33,892 nt of DNA from contig CAZJRT010000001.1 of NCBI GenBank assembly GCA_964548445.1, positions 1 through 33,892 of the forward strand, written 5' to 3'. The translations under genes and the position numbers were made by a program. The notes beneath the pieces are model-generated. The model made no database searches. It was not told the origin of the DNA and saw only the letters and a program-made list of their open reading frames with translations. This document shows, piece after piece, positions 1-8,163 of this stretch (positions are counted from its first letter, which is position 1; the number at the start of each line of letters is the position of its first letter). Source of the stretch: an uncultured Pseudobdellovibrionaceae bacterium (GTDB lineage Bacteria; Pseudomonadota; Alphaproteobacteria; Micavibrionales; Micavibrionaceae).

Positions 1-102
1 TGACTGGGGGCTGGGTTCTGGGGGCTGGGGACGACAAGCGTTACGCAGCGCCGCCTACACAACTCACCATTAACAATCTTGCTGACAAACCGATTCACCG
101 CC

Positions 103-146
103 AACTGCCCACTGCCAACTTCTTTCTAGTTTCCAGTGCCCAGTGT
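103..146 (+). promoter_or_regulatory. Operator-like array: two direct [A/C]ACTGCC heptads (103-116) facing two direct CCAGTG[C/T] heptads (133-146)
   Basis: Read directly: aACTGCC cACTGCC, 16-nt spacer, CCAGTGc CCAGTGt. This gives four CACTG/CAGTG cores in a convergent arrangement, ending 1 nt before TATAAT at 148. Confidence 0.3.
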
Positions 147-147
147 C

Positions 148-153
148 TATAAT
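148..153 (+). promoter_or_regulatory. Candidate -10 hexamer TATAAT
   Basis: Perfect TATAAT 12 nt upstream of ATG 166. There is no convincing -35 and no Shine-Dalgarno, so it would imply a near-leaderless transcript. Confidence 0.25.
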
Positions 154-165
154 ATTGAATAAATT

Positions 166-1275
166 ATGAACGAAACCTTACATGTAGGCCGGCCCAACAT
201 CGGTGATAGGCAAGCCTTTATGAAACTTGCCGAAGCCATGTTCGATCGCAATTGGCTTACCAATAATGGGCCGTACGTCAAGGAACTCGAGGGTCGTATT
301 GCTGACTATGTCGGGGTAAAGCATTGCGTCGCGATGTGCAACGGGACTCTTGCACTCGAGATCGCCATTCGCGCGCTGCATCTCTCGGATGAAGTCATTG
401 TTCCGTCCTATACCTTCATCGCTACCGCCCATGCCCTGCACTGGCAAGGATTGACCCCAGTTTTTGCCGATATTGATCCTGTCACCCAGAACCTCGATCC
501 GCAGTCTGTCGAAAGCCTGATCACCCCGCGAACGACGGGGATACTAGCCGTTCATCTATGGGGGCGGCCCGCGCCGATTGATACCTTGCAGGCACTTGCC
601 GACAAACACGGAATTGAACTGTTGTTCGACGCCGCCCACGCTTTCGGTTGTAGTCATAAAGACAACATGATCGGAGGCTTCGGGCGTGCCGAAATATTCA
701 GCTTTCATGCCACCAAAAGCTTCAACTCCTTCGAGGGTGGCGCTGTGGTCACCAATGATGACACCCTGGCGGAGGAGATGCGGCTGATTCGTAATTTCGG
801 TTTCTCAGGCTTTGATAATGTCATTCATCCCGGTACCAACGGCAAGATGCCTGAGATTTGCGCAGCCATGGGACTGGTCAACCTTGATTCCCTACCGCGC
901 TTCATCCAGAAAAACAAAGCCAATTACCGGCATTATCAAGAACGCATTGCCGACATTCCCGGCATTTCGCTACTTGCCTACAATGAAGCAAGGAAGAGCA
1001 ATTACCACTATGTCGTGCTCTGCGTCGAGAGCGGCCACACGCTACGTGACCAAATCCTGCAGCAATTACATGGCGCCAAGATATTGGCGCGGAAATATTT
1101 CTGGCCCGGCTGCCACAACATGCAACCCTACCGCACCTTGTTCCCTGATGCCGGGCAGCATTTACCGAACACCGAACACGTTGCCAATCGCGTCCTCGTG
1201 CTGCCAACCGGAACGGCCGTGGAGGATGCCGATATTGAGCGCATCTGCCGGATCATTCGTGATACAGTAAGTTAA
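166..1275 (+). CDS. DegT/DnrJ/EryC1/StrS-family PLP-dependent sugar aminotransferase
   Basis: 369-aa ORF. N-terminus HVGRPNIGDR...NNGPYVKELE...CNGTLALEIA is typical of the family. SFHATKSFNSFEGG contains the Schiff-base lysine context. Confidence 0.9.
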   Translation: MNETLHVGRPNIGDRQAFMKLAEAMFDRNWLTNNGPYVKELEGRIADYVGVKHCVAMCNGTLALEIAIRALHLSDEVIVPSYTFIATAHALHWQGLTPVFADIDPVTQNLDPQSVESLITPRTTGILAVHLWGRPAPIDTLQALADKHGIELLFDAAHAFGCSHKDNMIGGFGRAEIFSFHATKSFNSFEGGAVVTNDDTLAEEMRLIRNFGFSGFDNVIHPGTNGKMPEICAAMGLVNLDSLPRFIQKNKANYRHYQERIADIPGISLLAYNEARKSNYHYVVLCVESGHTLRDQILQQLHGAKILARKYFWPGCHNMQPYRTLFPDAGQHLPNTEHVANRVLVLPTGTAVEDADIERICRIIRDTVS

Positions 1276-1289
1276 TCGAGAGAATCATC

Positions 1290-2465
1290 ATGAAACATAA
1301 TCAGCATAATCTAAACTTCACCTTTGTCCATCCACCGATGGAATTCGACAAATATACCGATAAAGCGTTGCTCCAGTACTGCCTTGGCGCCGTGCTGTAC
1401 ATGCCTGGCACAAAAAACATCCTCGATAAAGTGCTGGCACGGCAGACACCGAGTCCTGCCTTGGTCATGTGCATGGAAGATGCTATCAAAGAGAATGCTG
1501 TCGAGGTTGCCGAGCATAATGTAAGGGACTGCCTTAATGTGCTATACAGATCAGTTCACGACGGGCTTATTGCCGTGAACGACCTACCCCTGATCTTTGT
1601 GAGAGTTCGATCAGTCCAGCAATTTCAGCAATTTGCGGCCAGTCTTAGCAAAGAGAGTGCCTCCATGCTGACGGGAATCAATTTTCCGAAATTCGATTCA
1701 ACCAATGGTACACACTATTTCGAGACGCTGAAAGAGATGAATACGGCGTTGGATGTTTCGCTGTATGGAATGCCGATTCTTGAGGGGAAAGCTATTGCCT
1801 TGCACGAGACGCGACAGGATGAGTTAGCCCGGCTAACTGGCATTATGGATATCTACCGCGAGTTGATCTTGAATATTCGTGTTGGAGCAACCGATTTCTC
1901 CTCGATCTTCGGGGTTCGCCGCGGGATCAATTATTCGATCTACGACATCGCAACCGTCCGTGACTGCCTTGCCGATATCTTGAATGTATTCTCACGGGAA
2001 GGATCAAGTCACGTAATATCAGCCCCGGTCTGGGAGTATTTCCTGGCTGACAATACGGAGAGTCTTGAGCATCTCCTTCATGAAGACATCCACAGGTCTC
2101 TCATGCAGCGAAGTTCGATTATCAACGATGCAATAGATGGACTGCTGCGAGAGGTGATCCTAGACAAAGCCAACGGCTTTGTTGGCAAGACCATCATACA
2201 CCCGTCGCATATGAAGTATGTCAATGCCATGCAAGCTGTTACCCGGGAAGAACACGAGGATGCCATGCAGATTCTCGGAACAGATGGAGGAGAAGTCAAA
2301 AGCGCAAAAGCCAACAAGATGAACGAAGTCAATCCGCATCGAAGCTGGGCGGGGAAAATTTGCAACCGCGCCAAGGTCTATGGTGTCATCGAGAATGAGT
2401 CCGATTATCTTAAACTTATACTCGGCGGCAACGGAATAGAAAACGCTTGTTGTCAAAAAGTCTGA
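1290..2465 (+). CDS. HpcH/HpaI aldolase / citrate-lyase beta (CitE)-like lyase family protein
   Basis: 391-aa ORF. MCMEDAI resembles the CitE DLEDAV motif, GINFPKFDS resembles PKxES, and GKTIIHPSH resembles IHPxQ. Assignment is from remembered motifs only. Confidence 0.7.
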   Translation: MKHNQHNLNFTFVHPPMEFDKYTDKALLQYCLGAVLYMPGTKNILDKVLARQTPSPALVMCMEDAIKENAVEVAEHNVRDCLNVLYRSVHDGLIAVNDLPLIFVRVRSVQQFQQFAASLSKESASMLTGINFPKFDSTNGTHYFETLKEMNTALDVSLYGMPILEGKAIALHETRQDELARLTGIMDIYRELILNIRVGATDFSSIFGVRRGINYSIYDIATVRDCLADILNVFSREGSSHVISAPVWEYFLADNTESLEHLLHEDIHRSLMQRSSIINDAIDGLLREVILDKANGFVGKTIIHPSHMKYVNAMQAVTREEHEDAMQILGTDGGEVKSAKANKMNEVNPHRSWAGKICNRAKVYGVIENESDYLKLILGGNGIENACCQKV

Positions 2466-2494
2466 CTTAGCATGAAAACGAACAGGAGCGTGAG

Positions 2495-3391
2495 GTGATG
2501 AAAGAAACAAGGGCATTTCTTCAAACGTTAAGCTTGCCAATAGGTGATGCATACGATTTACCGACTTCCGAAAAACGGTTTCCGGATGGGGCGCAATACC
2601 GGTTTGAAGTGCCTGGCATTCAAGGCCCCGGCACAATGAAGGCATTGCTGGAAGAATTGGATGTGCTTGGCATTTCGATTCATCGGGTTACGCAGACAAA
2701 AGGGATCATGTTGCTTTCAGATGATGATATAGAGCAGATGGTTGCGCTTGCAAAAAAAAATTGTGTTGAGCTTGTGCTGGCGATCGGCCCCCGTGCTACT
2801 TACGACACCAGCGCCTCGGTTCACACCCCCGAAGGGCAGCGCATGGGCTACCGGCTGCGGGGTCAGGAACAGATCATCAGGGCGATAGAGGATATAAAAC
2901 GGGCCGCGAAGCTAGGATGCCGCTCGTTTTTGATTTACGATGAGGGTTGTCTATGGGTATTGAATGAAGCTCGTAAGGTCGGTGAAATTCCAGAGAGTTG
3001 TAAATTCAAGGTTTCCGCCCACACCGGGCACGGAAACCCCTGTTCAGCGAAACTACTCGAAAGCATCGGCGCCAACTCGTTCAACCCCGTGCGTGACATT
3101 CAGGTTCAGATGCTCGCCGCGATCCGCCAGGCCGTTGCAATTCCGCTCGATATACATACAGAGAACCCGGCATCATCCGGCGGCTTTATTCGTCATTACG
3201 AGGTTCCTGAGATGATCCGCGTTGCCGCTCCCATATATCTAAAGACCGGCGGCTCGGTCGCCAAAACCCATAGCTGGGAATCCACGGCAGACGACGCTCG
3301 AAAACGCGCCAAACAGGTGATGCTCGTCAAGCGAGTGATTGATCGATATTTTCCGGAAGCCAAATACTCGGTAAAAGGTTCGACGAAATGA
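2495..3391 (+). CDS. Hypothetical enzyme, possibly TIM-barrel fold; family not recognised
   Basis: 298-aa ORF with an AGGAG RBS at 2484-2488 and a GTG 2495 or ATG 2498 start. It is tightly packed in the operon and shares an ATGA overlap with the following remnant. It contains an A9 tract at 2752-2760. Confidence 0.5.
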   Translation: MMKETRAFLQTLSLPIGDAYDLPTSEKRFPDGAQYRFEVPGIQGPGTMKALLEELDVLGISIHRVTQTKGIMLLSDDDIEQMVALAKKNCVELVLAIGPRATYDTSASVHTPEGQRMGYRLRGQEQIIRAIEDIKRAAKLGCRSFLIYDEGCLWVLNEARKVGEIPESCKFKVSAHTGHGNPCSAKLLESIGANSFNPVRDIQVQMLAAIRQAVAIPLDIHTENPASSGGFIRHYEVPEMIRVAAPIYLKTGGSVAKTHSWESTADDARKRAKQVMLVKRVIDRYFPEAKYSVKGSTK

Positions 3392-3534
3392 AAGTAGTCT
3401 TAGGAATCATGAATTTTGGCCCGCAAGTGGACGCGGGCAGTAGACGTATGATGGTTCACTGCTTGCTCCGTGCCAGACACCTGGAACTGGACACCGCCTA
3501 CGTATTTTCCGCTTATCCCGGCCGTAAAAGTTGA
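3388..3534 (+). pseudogene. N-terminal remnant (48 codons) of an aldo/keto reductase
   Basis: Own translation: MKVVLGIMNFGPQVDAGSRRMMVHCLLRARHLELDTAYVFSAYPGRKS*. It aligns with the N-terminus of the intact AKR at 4815 (MCKLILGTMTFGPQVSREDSRSMVQRFLDTGYTELDTAYVYNDG). Its ATG overlaps the upstream stop (ATGA at 3388-3391). Confidence 0.7.
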
Positions 3535-3566
3535 AAATTTAGACCCCCAGAAGAGGAGTGACTACC

Positions 3567-4685
3567 ATGATCGAGCGTATCAAAAATATAGAACCCTATG
3601 AAAAGGTAGAGAAGATAGGGAATACTCAGTACCCAACAATCCTATACGGAGCATCGCAAGCTGCCGCACTTAGTTGTGATTTCCTTGCAGCGCGTGGCAT
3701 AAATATGGATGCTGTGGTGGTTGACAGTGGTTTCTTGGCGGGCAACGAGACCCTTAACTTTCGAGGACGGCCAGTGCAGGCGATCGAAGATTTCATTGAT
3801 AGCCATAGCCGTCCCGTAAATCTGGTCATCGGTTTCTACTCGAAGAACATCCAAAGTTTGGTGTACAAGAAGCTGACTCGTTTTAAAAAGCTTGGGTTGA
3901 ATGTGGTTAATGTTGTTTTGCTTGACCACCACTTGCTCATGTATCCGGAAAGGGCTTTTACGTTCAATTATGTGCAAAGCCATTTGAAGGATTTTGAACA
4001 GACCTACAATCTTTTGGCGGATGATCGTTCAAGAGATGTTATGGTTGCATTTATAAACCAGCGGATCAGCGCTCAGATAGGTGAACTTGAACGTGTTCGC
4101 GATGACAATCAGTACTTTCTGCCTTCTGTTGTCAAGCTCACCGACAACGAGGTCTATGTCGACTGTGGTGCATACGACGGTGATACTGTGTTTGAATTCC
4201 TGGATGCGCTACAAAAGCAAACAGGACAGAGGGACTACGGAAGAATCTATGCACTGGAATGTAATCCCGCCACGTACCCCCTTCTGCTCGATAGAATTGG
4301 GCACCTCGCCAATGTCTCGTGTATGGACAAAGGGGCTTGGGACTGTGATGCCACCTGTCTCTCAATGGAGAATTTGGAGAGGAGTTCGTGCCTAACACAA
4401 AATGGGAAGTTCTCAGTACGGGTATCTCGGCTCGACGATATGTTGGATACCGAGGAGGGTTGCACATTCATCAAGATGGATATCGAAGGTGCGGAACTCC
4501 AGGCTTTGCGCGGAGCTGAAAGCACAATCAGGCAAGAGAGCCCAAAGCTGGCTATTTGTGTTTATCACAAAAATGATGACCTGTTGACCATTCCGCGCTA
4601 CCTGCACAGCATCAACCCGCGTTATAGTTTCTATTTGAGAGCCCATGAATCCAAGTCTGGCGAAGTGGTTTTATACGCTCTTTAG
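3567..4685 (+). CDS. FkbM-family SAM-dependent methyltransferase
   Basis: VYVDCGAYDGDTVFEF and FIKMDIEGAELQALRGA are hallmark FkbM (Methyltransf_21) motifs. ATG 3567 is preferred over GTG 3558 because GGAG lies at 3553-3556. Confidence 0.85.
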   Translation: MIERIKNIEPYEKVEKIGNTQYPTILYGASQAAALSCDFLAARGINMDAVVVDSGFLAGNETLNFRGRPVQAIEDFIDSHSRPVNLVIGFYSKNIQSLVYKKLTRFKKLGLNVVNVVLLDHHLLMYPERAFTFNYVQSHLKDFEQTYNLLADDRSRDVMVAFINQRISAQIGELERVRDDNQYFLPSVVKLTDNEVYVDCGAYDGDTVFEFLDALQKQTGQRDYGRIYALECNPATYPLLLDRIGHLANVSCMDKGAWDCDATCLSMENLERSSCLTQNGKFSVRVSRLDDMLDTEEGCTFIKMDIEGAELQALRGAESTIRQESPKLAICVYHKNDDLLTIPRYLHSINPRYSFYLRAHESKSGEVVLYAL

Positions 4686-4814
4686 TAGTATGTCGACTAG
4701 AAGCATAGCATCACGTCGCTTCTTGACCGTGCTGCGCGTGTCGTCTTTGTTCATGCACGTAGCGTAAGCATGGCTGCGGGGGATAGACCCCGTCAATTCG
4801 AAAGGGAGAAGTAT

Positions 4815-5765
4815 ATGTGTAAACTCATCCTTGGTACCATGACCTTTGGCCCCCAGGTTAGTCGCGAAGACAGCCGCAGCATGGTGCAACGCTTCCTGGA
4901 CACCGGATACACCGAACTTGACACGGCCTATGTGTATAACGACGGCGAGACCGAACGAATTCTCGGCGACATACTAAAGGACATCCCCGACGGGTCGTTC
5001 CGCCTGGCAACCAAGGCCCACCCCAGAATCACCGGCAGACTGGACGCTGACGCGGTCAACCTCCAGCTCACCAAATCTCTCGACAGGCTTGGGCAGGACT
5101 CGGTGGATATCTTTTATTTACATTTCCCCGACTCAACCACCCCGGTTGAAGAAGCACTGGACGGGTGCGTGCAACTTCACGCGCAAGGAAAATTCAAAGA
5201 ACTCGGTCTGAGCAATTTCCCGACCTGGATGGTTGTCGATATCTGGCACCTCTGCAAAGAACGCGGCTGGCCGAAGCCGACCGTGTACCAGGGACTCTAC
5301 AACGGTATAAGTCGCAATGTTGAGAGCGAACTGATCCCCGCACTTCGGAAATTGGGGATGCGTTTCTATGCTTTCAACCCTTTGGCCGGCGGATTGCTCT
5401 CCGGAAAACACACGGATTTTAATCGCAAACCAGAGGCTGGTCGGTTTACAGAACGGGCAAGCTATCGCAAACGATATTGGCGCAAATCCATGTTCGAAGC
5501 AGTCCAGCTTCTTGTCGATGTTTGCCGGGAAAACGATATACAACCAGTGGATGCCGCCCTCCGATGGCTCGCCCATCATTCGACGCTGGACGCATCGTAT
5601 GGCGACGGGATCATCATCGGCGCCTCGAAAATGCATCATCTCGACCAAAACTTAGCGGCGGCTGGAATAGGCGCTCTGCCCGTGTCAATTATCGAAGCGT
5701 TCGACGCAGGTTGGTCAAAGGCAAAATGTGAATGCCCCGAATATTTCCGTATTTACTCGAAATAA
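4815..5765 (+). CDS. Aldo/keto reductase (AKR7/aflatoxin-aldehyde-reductase-like)
   Basis: LGTMTFGPQ...ELDTAYVYNDGETERILG...LATK...DIFYLHFPD...LGLSNF are typical AKR motifs. ATG 4815 follows a GGGAG RBS. The in-frame extension upstream to 4770 is unlikely to be translated. Confidence 0.9.
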   Translation: MCKLILGTMTFGPQVSREDSRSMVQRFLDTGYTELDTAYVYNDGETERILGDILKDIPDGSFRLATKAHPRITGRLDADAVNLQLTKSLDRLGQDSVDIFYLHFPDSTTPVEEALDGCVQLHAQGKFKELGLSNFPTWMVVDIWHLCKERGWPKPTVYQGLYNGISRNVESELIPALRKLGMRFYAFNPLAGGLLSGKHTDFNRKPEAGRFTERASYRKRYWRKSMFEAVQLLVDVCRENDIQPVDAALRWLAHHSTLDASYGDGIIIGASKMHHLDQNLAAAGIGALPVSIIEAFDAGWSKAKCECPEYFRIYSK

Positions 5766-5768
5766 ATT
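5764..5768. repeat. Left copy of the putative 5-bp target-site duplication AAATT
   Basis: AAATT lies immediately outside the left IR, and an identical AAATT lies at 8164-8168 outside the right IR. It overlaps the TAA stop of the AKR gene. Confidence 0.6.
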
Positions 5769-5784
5769 CAGACTTCCTGATGTC
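5769..5784. repeat. IS left terminal inverted repeat
   Basis: CAGACTTCCTGATGTC is the exact reverse complement of 8148-8163. Confidence 0.85.
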
Positions 5785-5937
5785 AATCGGCGTCGCGAAC
5801 ATGGCTCAGGTTGCGTAAGATGCACACCCTCAGTGGATAGCGGCCCTTCTTAAGCGTTGAGATGGATGTGGCGCCTCGGACTATTTGATGATACGCTTTT
5901 CTCGGTAATGACGGATCATTCAAAGGGGGTTTGGGCT

Positions 5938-6423
5938 ATGCCGCAGACGTTACTTCCAATATTTGCCGAGGAATCAACGCCGATAAACGATGTCCTCTCA
6001 TTCGAGAAGCGGGACGGGACGGTCTGGTATTTTCATGCCTGCCTGCCTGTCTTCTCGCATGAGGAGACAGACTACAAAAGTTTCAATATGTTCACGAGTC
6101 AACTGGTGGATATGGGTCAATGCACGCAAATGGAGATAGTTCGCGCGTTCGGCGTGAGTCCCATTAGTGTAAAGCGGCACGTGAAAAGATTTCGAGCAGG
6201 AGGCCCTGGTGCATTTTTTGGTGGACGCAAAGCCAAGCGGCCCACGGTGTGGACCCCGGAAGTGTTGAACCGTGCACAGGAATTACTAAATCAAGGCCAC
6301 TCACGCAAAGCCGTGGCGGATCTGTTGGAGATAAAGCCGGACACCCTTTATCGCGCGATTCATTCTGGTCGCTTGGTGGAGCGCAAAAAAAAAGCGGACA
6401 GAGCAAAAGTGAACGAAGCGTAG
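5938..6423 (+). CDS. IS orfA: helix-turn-helix DNA-binding N-terminal part of the transposase
   Basis: ATG 5938 is preceded by AAGGGGG at 5923-5929. CTQMEIVRAFGVSPISVKRHVKRF and SRKAVADLLEIKPDTLYRAI look like two HTH units. It ends at TAG 6421-6423, just after the A9 tract. Confidence 0.7.
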   Translation: MPQTLLPIFAEESTPINDVLSFEKRDGTVWYFHACLPVFSHEETDYKSFNMFTSQLVDMGQCTQMEIVRAFGVSPISVKRHVKRFRAGGPGAFFGGRKAKRPTVWTPEVLNRAQELLNQGHSRKAVADLLEIKPDTLYRAIHSGRLVERKKKADRAKVNEA

Positions 6424-8138
6424 AAGATGCACAGGCCACGATGGGGGTGGGATGCACACGAGTCATAGAACGTGTCCTTACGGCTCTGGGGAAGTTCTCT
6501 GAAGCTCCATCTCGGTTCACTCCGGCGGTGGATGTAACCAATGGTGGCGTACTATGGGCATTGCCGGCGTTGTTGAATAATGGTCTGCTGCGACATACGA
6601 AGGATCATTTTTCTCTGCCCAACGGTTTCTACAGTGCTATACACATTTTCCTGCTGTTGGCATTCATGGCCCTCTCACGGATCAAGAACAACGAGCAACT
6701 CCGTTATTCGTCGGCGGGAGAGCTGGGCTTTCTCCTGGGATTGGATCGTATTCCGGAAGTGCGTACACTTCGCGAGAAAATCAAACACCTTGCCACAACA
6801 GGCCAGGTAAAGGAATGGGCGTCGGCTCTTTCAAAGGAATGGATGCAGGCCGATCCCGAAGCGGTGGGAACGCTGTATGTCGATGGGCATGTGCGGGTTT
6901 ATCACGGCAAAAACAGGCTTCCAAGGCGATATGTTTCACGACAGAGATTATGCTTGCGTGGCATGTCCGACTACTGGGTTAATGATCAACAGGGGCGGCC
7001 ATTTTTCGTGATCAGCACCCCCTTTACCTCCGGGTTGCTCGAAATGTTGCGTAGCCAGATCGTCCCTCGTTTGTTGAAAGACGTTCCCTCTCAACCCTCG
7101 CAGCAAGATATGAAAAAGAATCCGCTCCTTTCCCGGTTCACACTGGTTTTTGATCGGGAAGGATACAGTCCTGAGTTCTTCAAGGAAATGTGGGAAGAAC
7201 ATCGCATAGCCTGTATGACCTACAACAAATACCCGAAAGGCGATTGGCCAAAGCATGAATTTGAAGAACAAACAGGCATCGGCCCTAATAGAGAAGAAAT
7301 CAAAATGATGATCGCCGAGCGAGGAAGCTATATCGGAGCAAAGGGCAAGGGACTATGGGTTCGTGAAATTCGCAAGCTGACGGAAACAGGACATCAGACA
7401 GCCGTTGTCTGCACAGAATATAGAGCCGAAGTGCATTCTCTTGCCGTGCGAATGTTCTCCAGATGGTGTCAGGAGAACTTTTTCCGGTATATGCTGCAAC
7501 ACTTTGATTTGGATTCAGTTGCAGGTTACGGCAAAGAGCCGGTTGATGAGACCAAGCCGGTGGTTAACCCTGTGTACAGAAAAATAGAGTCTTTGGTGAA
7601 AAGCAAGGCGGGAAAGCTGGGTAGAAAGCTCCGTGAGTTTGCTGAAATAGCGTTAAGTCCGACTCCTCCACCGGAGGAAGTGCAGGAATACGAGGCACAA
7701 AAAGGCGCACTGATGGAGGAAATTGATCTACTGAAGGAGGACCTCGCCAGATTGAAAGAAACACGCAAAATAACAGGCAAACATATTCCCGTCTCTGAGC
7801 TTCCTGAAGCGGATCACTTCTCCCTATTGGCACCACGAAGAAAGGCGTTTGTTGACACGATCAAGATGATCGCTTACCGCGCCGAAACGGCGATGTCTGA
7901 TGTTTTGCGTGACTCAATGGCTCGCCCGGACGACGCCCGTTCTCTGCTACGTGATATCTACACTCAGGAAGCTGACATAATTCCCGATGAAGAGGAGGGA
8001 ACCTTGACTGTGCGATTGCATCACTTAACGAATCGAATGTCGGATCATGCGGTACAGATGCTGGCCCAGAATCTCAATGACACCGACACAATCTATCCCG
8101 GCACAAATTTGCGATTGCGCTACGAATTGGTGTCATAA
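6249..8138 (+). CDS. IS orfB: DDE-type transposase catalytic part, probably entered from orfA at 6385-6393
   Basis: The frame is open from 6249. Candidate catalytic residues lie in LYVDGHVRVYHG, LVFDREGYS and FSRWCQENFFRYM (R-x3-E signature). A charged coiled-coil-like tail follows. Confidence 0.75.
   Translation: MDPGSVEPCTGITKSRPLTQSRGGSVGDKAGHPLSRDSFWSLGGAQKKSGQSKSERSVEDAQATMGVGCTRVIERVLTALGKFSEAPSRFTPAVDVTNGGVLWALPALLNNGLLRHTKDHFSLPNGFYSAIHIFLLLAFMALSRIKNNEQLRYSSAGELGFLLGLDRIPEVRTLREKIKHLATTGQVKEWASALSKEWMQADPEAVGTLYVDGHVRVYHGKNRLPRRYVSRQRLCLRGMSDYWVNDQQGRPFFVISTPFTSGLLEMLRSQIVPRLLKDVPSQPSQQDMKKNPLLSRFTLVFDREGYSPEFFKEMWEEHRIACMTYNKYPKGDWPKHEFEEQTGIGPNREEIKMMIAERGSYIGAKGKGLWVREIRKLTETGHQTAVVCTEYRAEVHSLAVRMFSRWCQENFFRYMLQHFDLDSVAGYGKEPVDETKPVVNPVYRKIESLVKSKAGKLGRKLREFAEIALSPTPPPEEVQEYEAQKGALMEEIDLLKEDLARLKETRKITGKHIPVSELPEADHFSLLAPRRKAFVDTIKMIAYRAETAMSDVLRDSMARPDDARSLLRDIYTQEADIIPDEEEGTLTVRLHHLTNRMSDHAVQMLAQNLNDTDTIYPGTNLRLRYELVS
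6385..6393 (+). other. A9 slippery tract: candidate -1 frameshift or transcriptional-slippage site joining orfA to orfB
   Basis: The zero frame reads CGC AAA AAA AAA GCG (R K K K A). The -1 frame reads C AAA AAA AAA GCG GAC as ..KK SGQSKSERS.., which continues into the 629-aa orfB frame. Confidence 0.6.
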
Positions 8139-8147
8139 TAAATCCGA

Positions 8148-8163
8148 GACATCAGGAAGTCTG
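8148..8163. repeat. IS right terminal inverted repeat
   Basis: GACATCAGGAAGTCTG is the exact reverse complement of 5769-5784. Confidence 0.85.

Larger units (their letters stand above)
5769..8163 (+). mobile_element. Insertion sequence (about 2.4 kb) with two-frame DDE transposase; IS family not assignable by eye
   Basis: Perfect 16-bp terminal inverted repeats: CAGACTTCCTGATGTC at 5769-5784 and GACATCAGGAAGTCTG at 8148-8163. The IR reads as 18 bp if the TT/AA of the flank is counted. Flanked by an AAATT direct repeat and encodes orfA and orfB. Confidence 0.85.

Noticed and set aside
1290-3391. Whether ORF 1290 or ORF 2495 could be the missing PEP mutase partner of the Ppd-like gene.
   Set aside because: Neither shows the EDKxxxxxNS signature or the AHNGLSA-type N-terminal motif remembered for PEP mutases. 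ORF 1290 fits CitE/HpcH motifs instead. A weak resemblance of ORF 2495 to ComA-type phosphosulfolactate synthase was considered, but it is too tenuous to call by eye.
4723-4751. TTGACC at 4723-4728 as a possible -35 box for the intact AKR gene.
   Set aside because: The hexamer at the proper 17-nt spacing is TTTGTT, a poor -10, so the call is not supportable from sequence alone.
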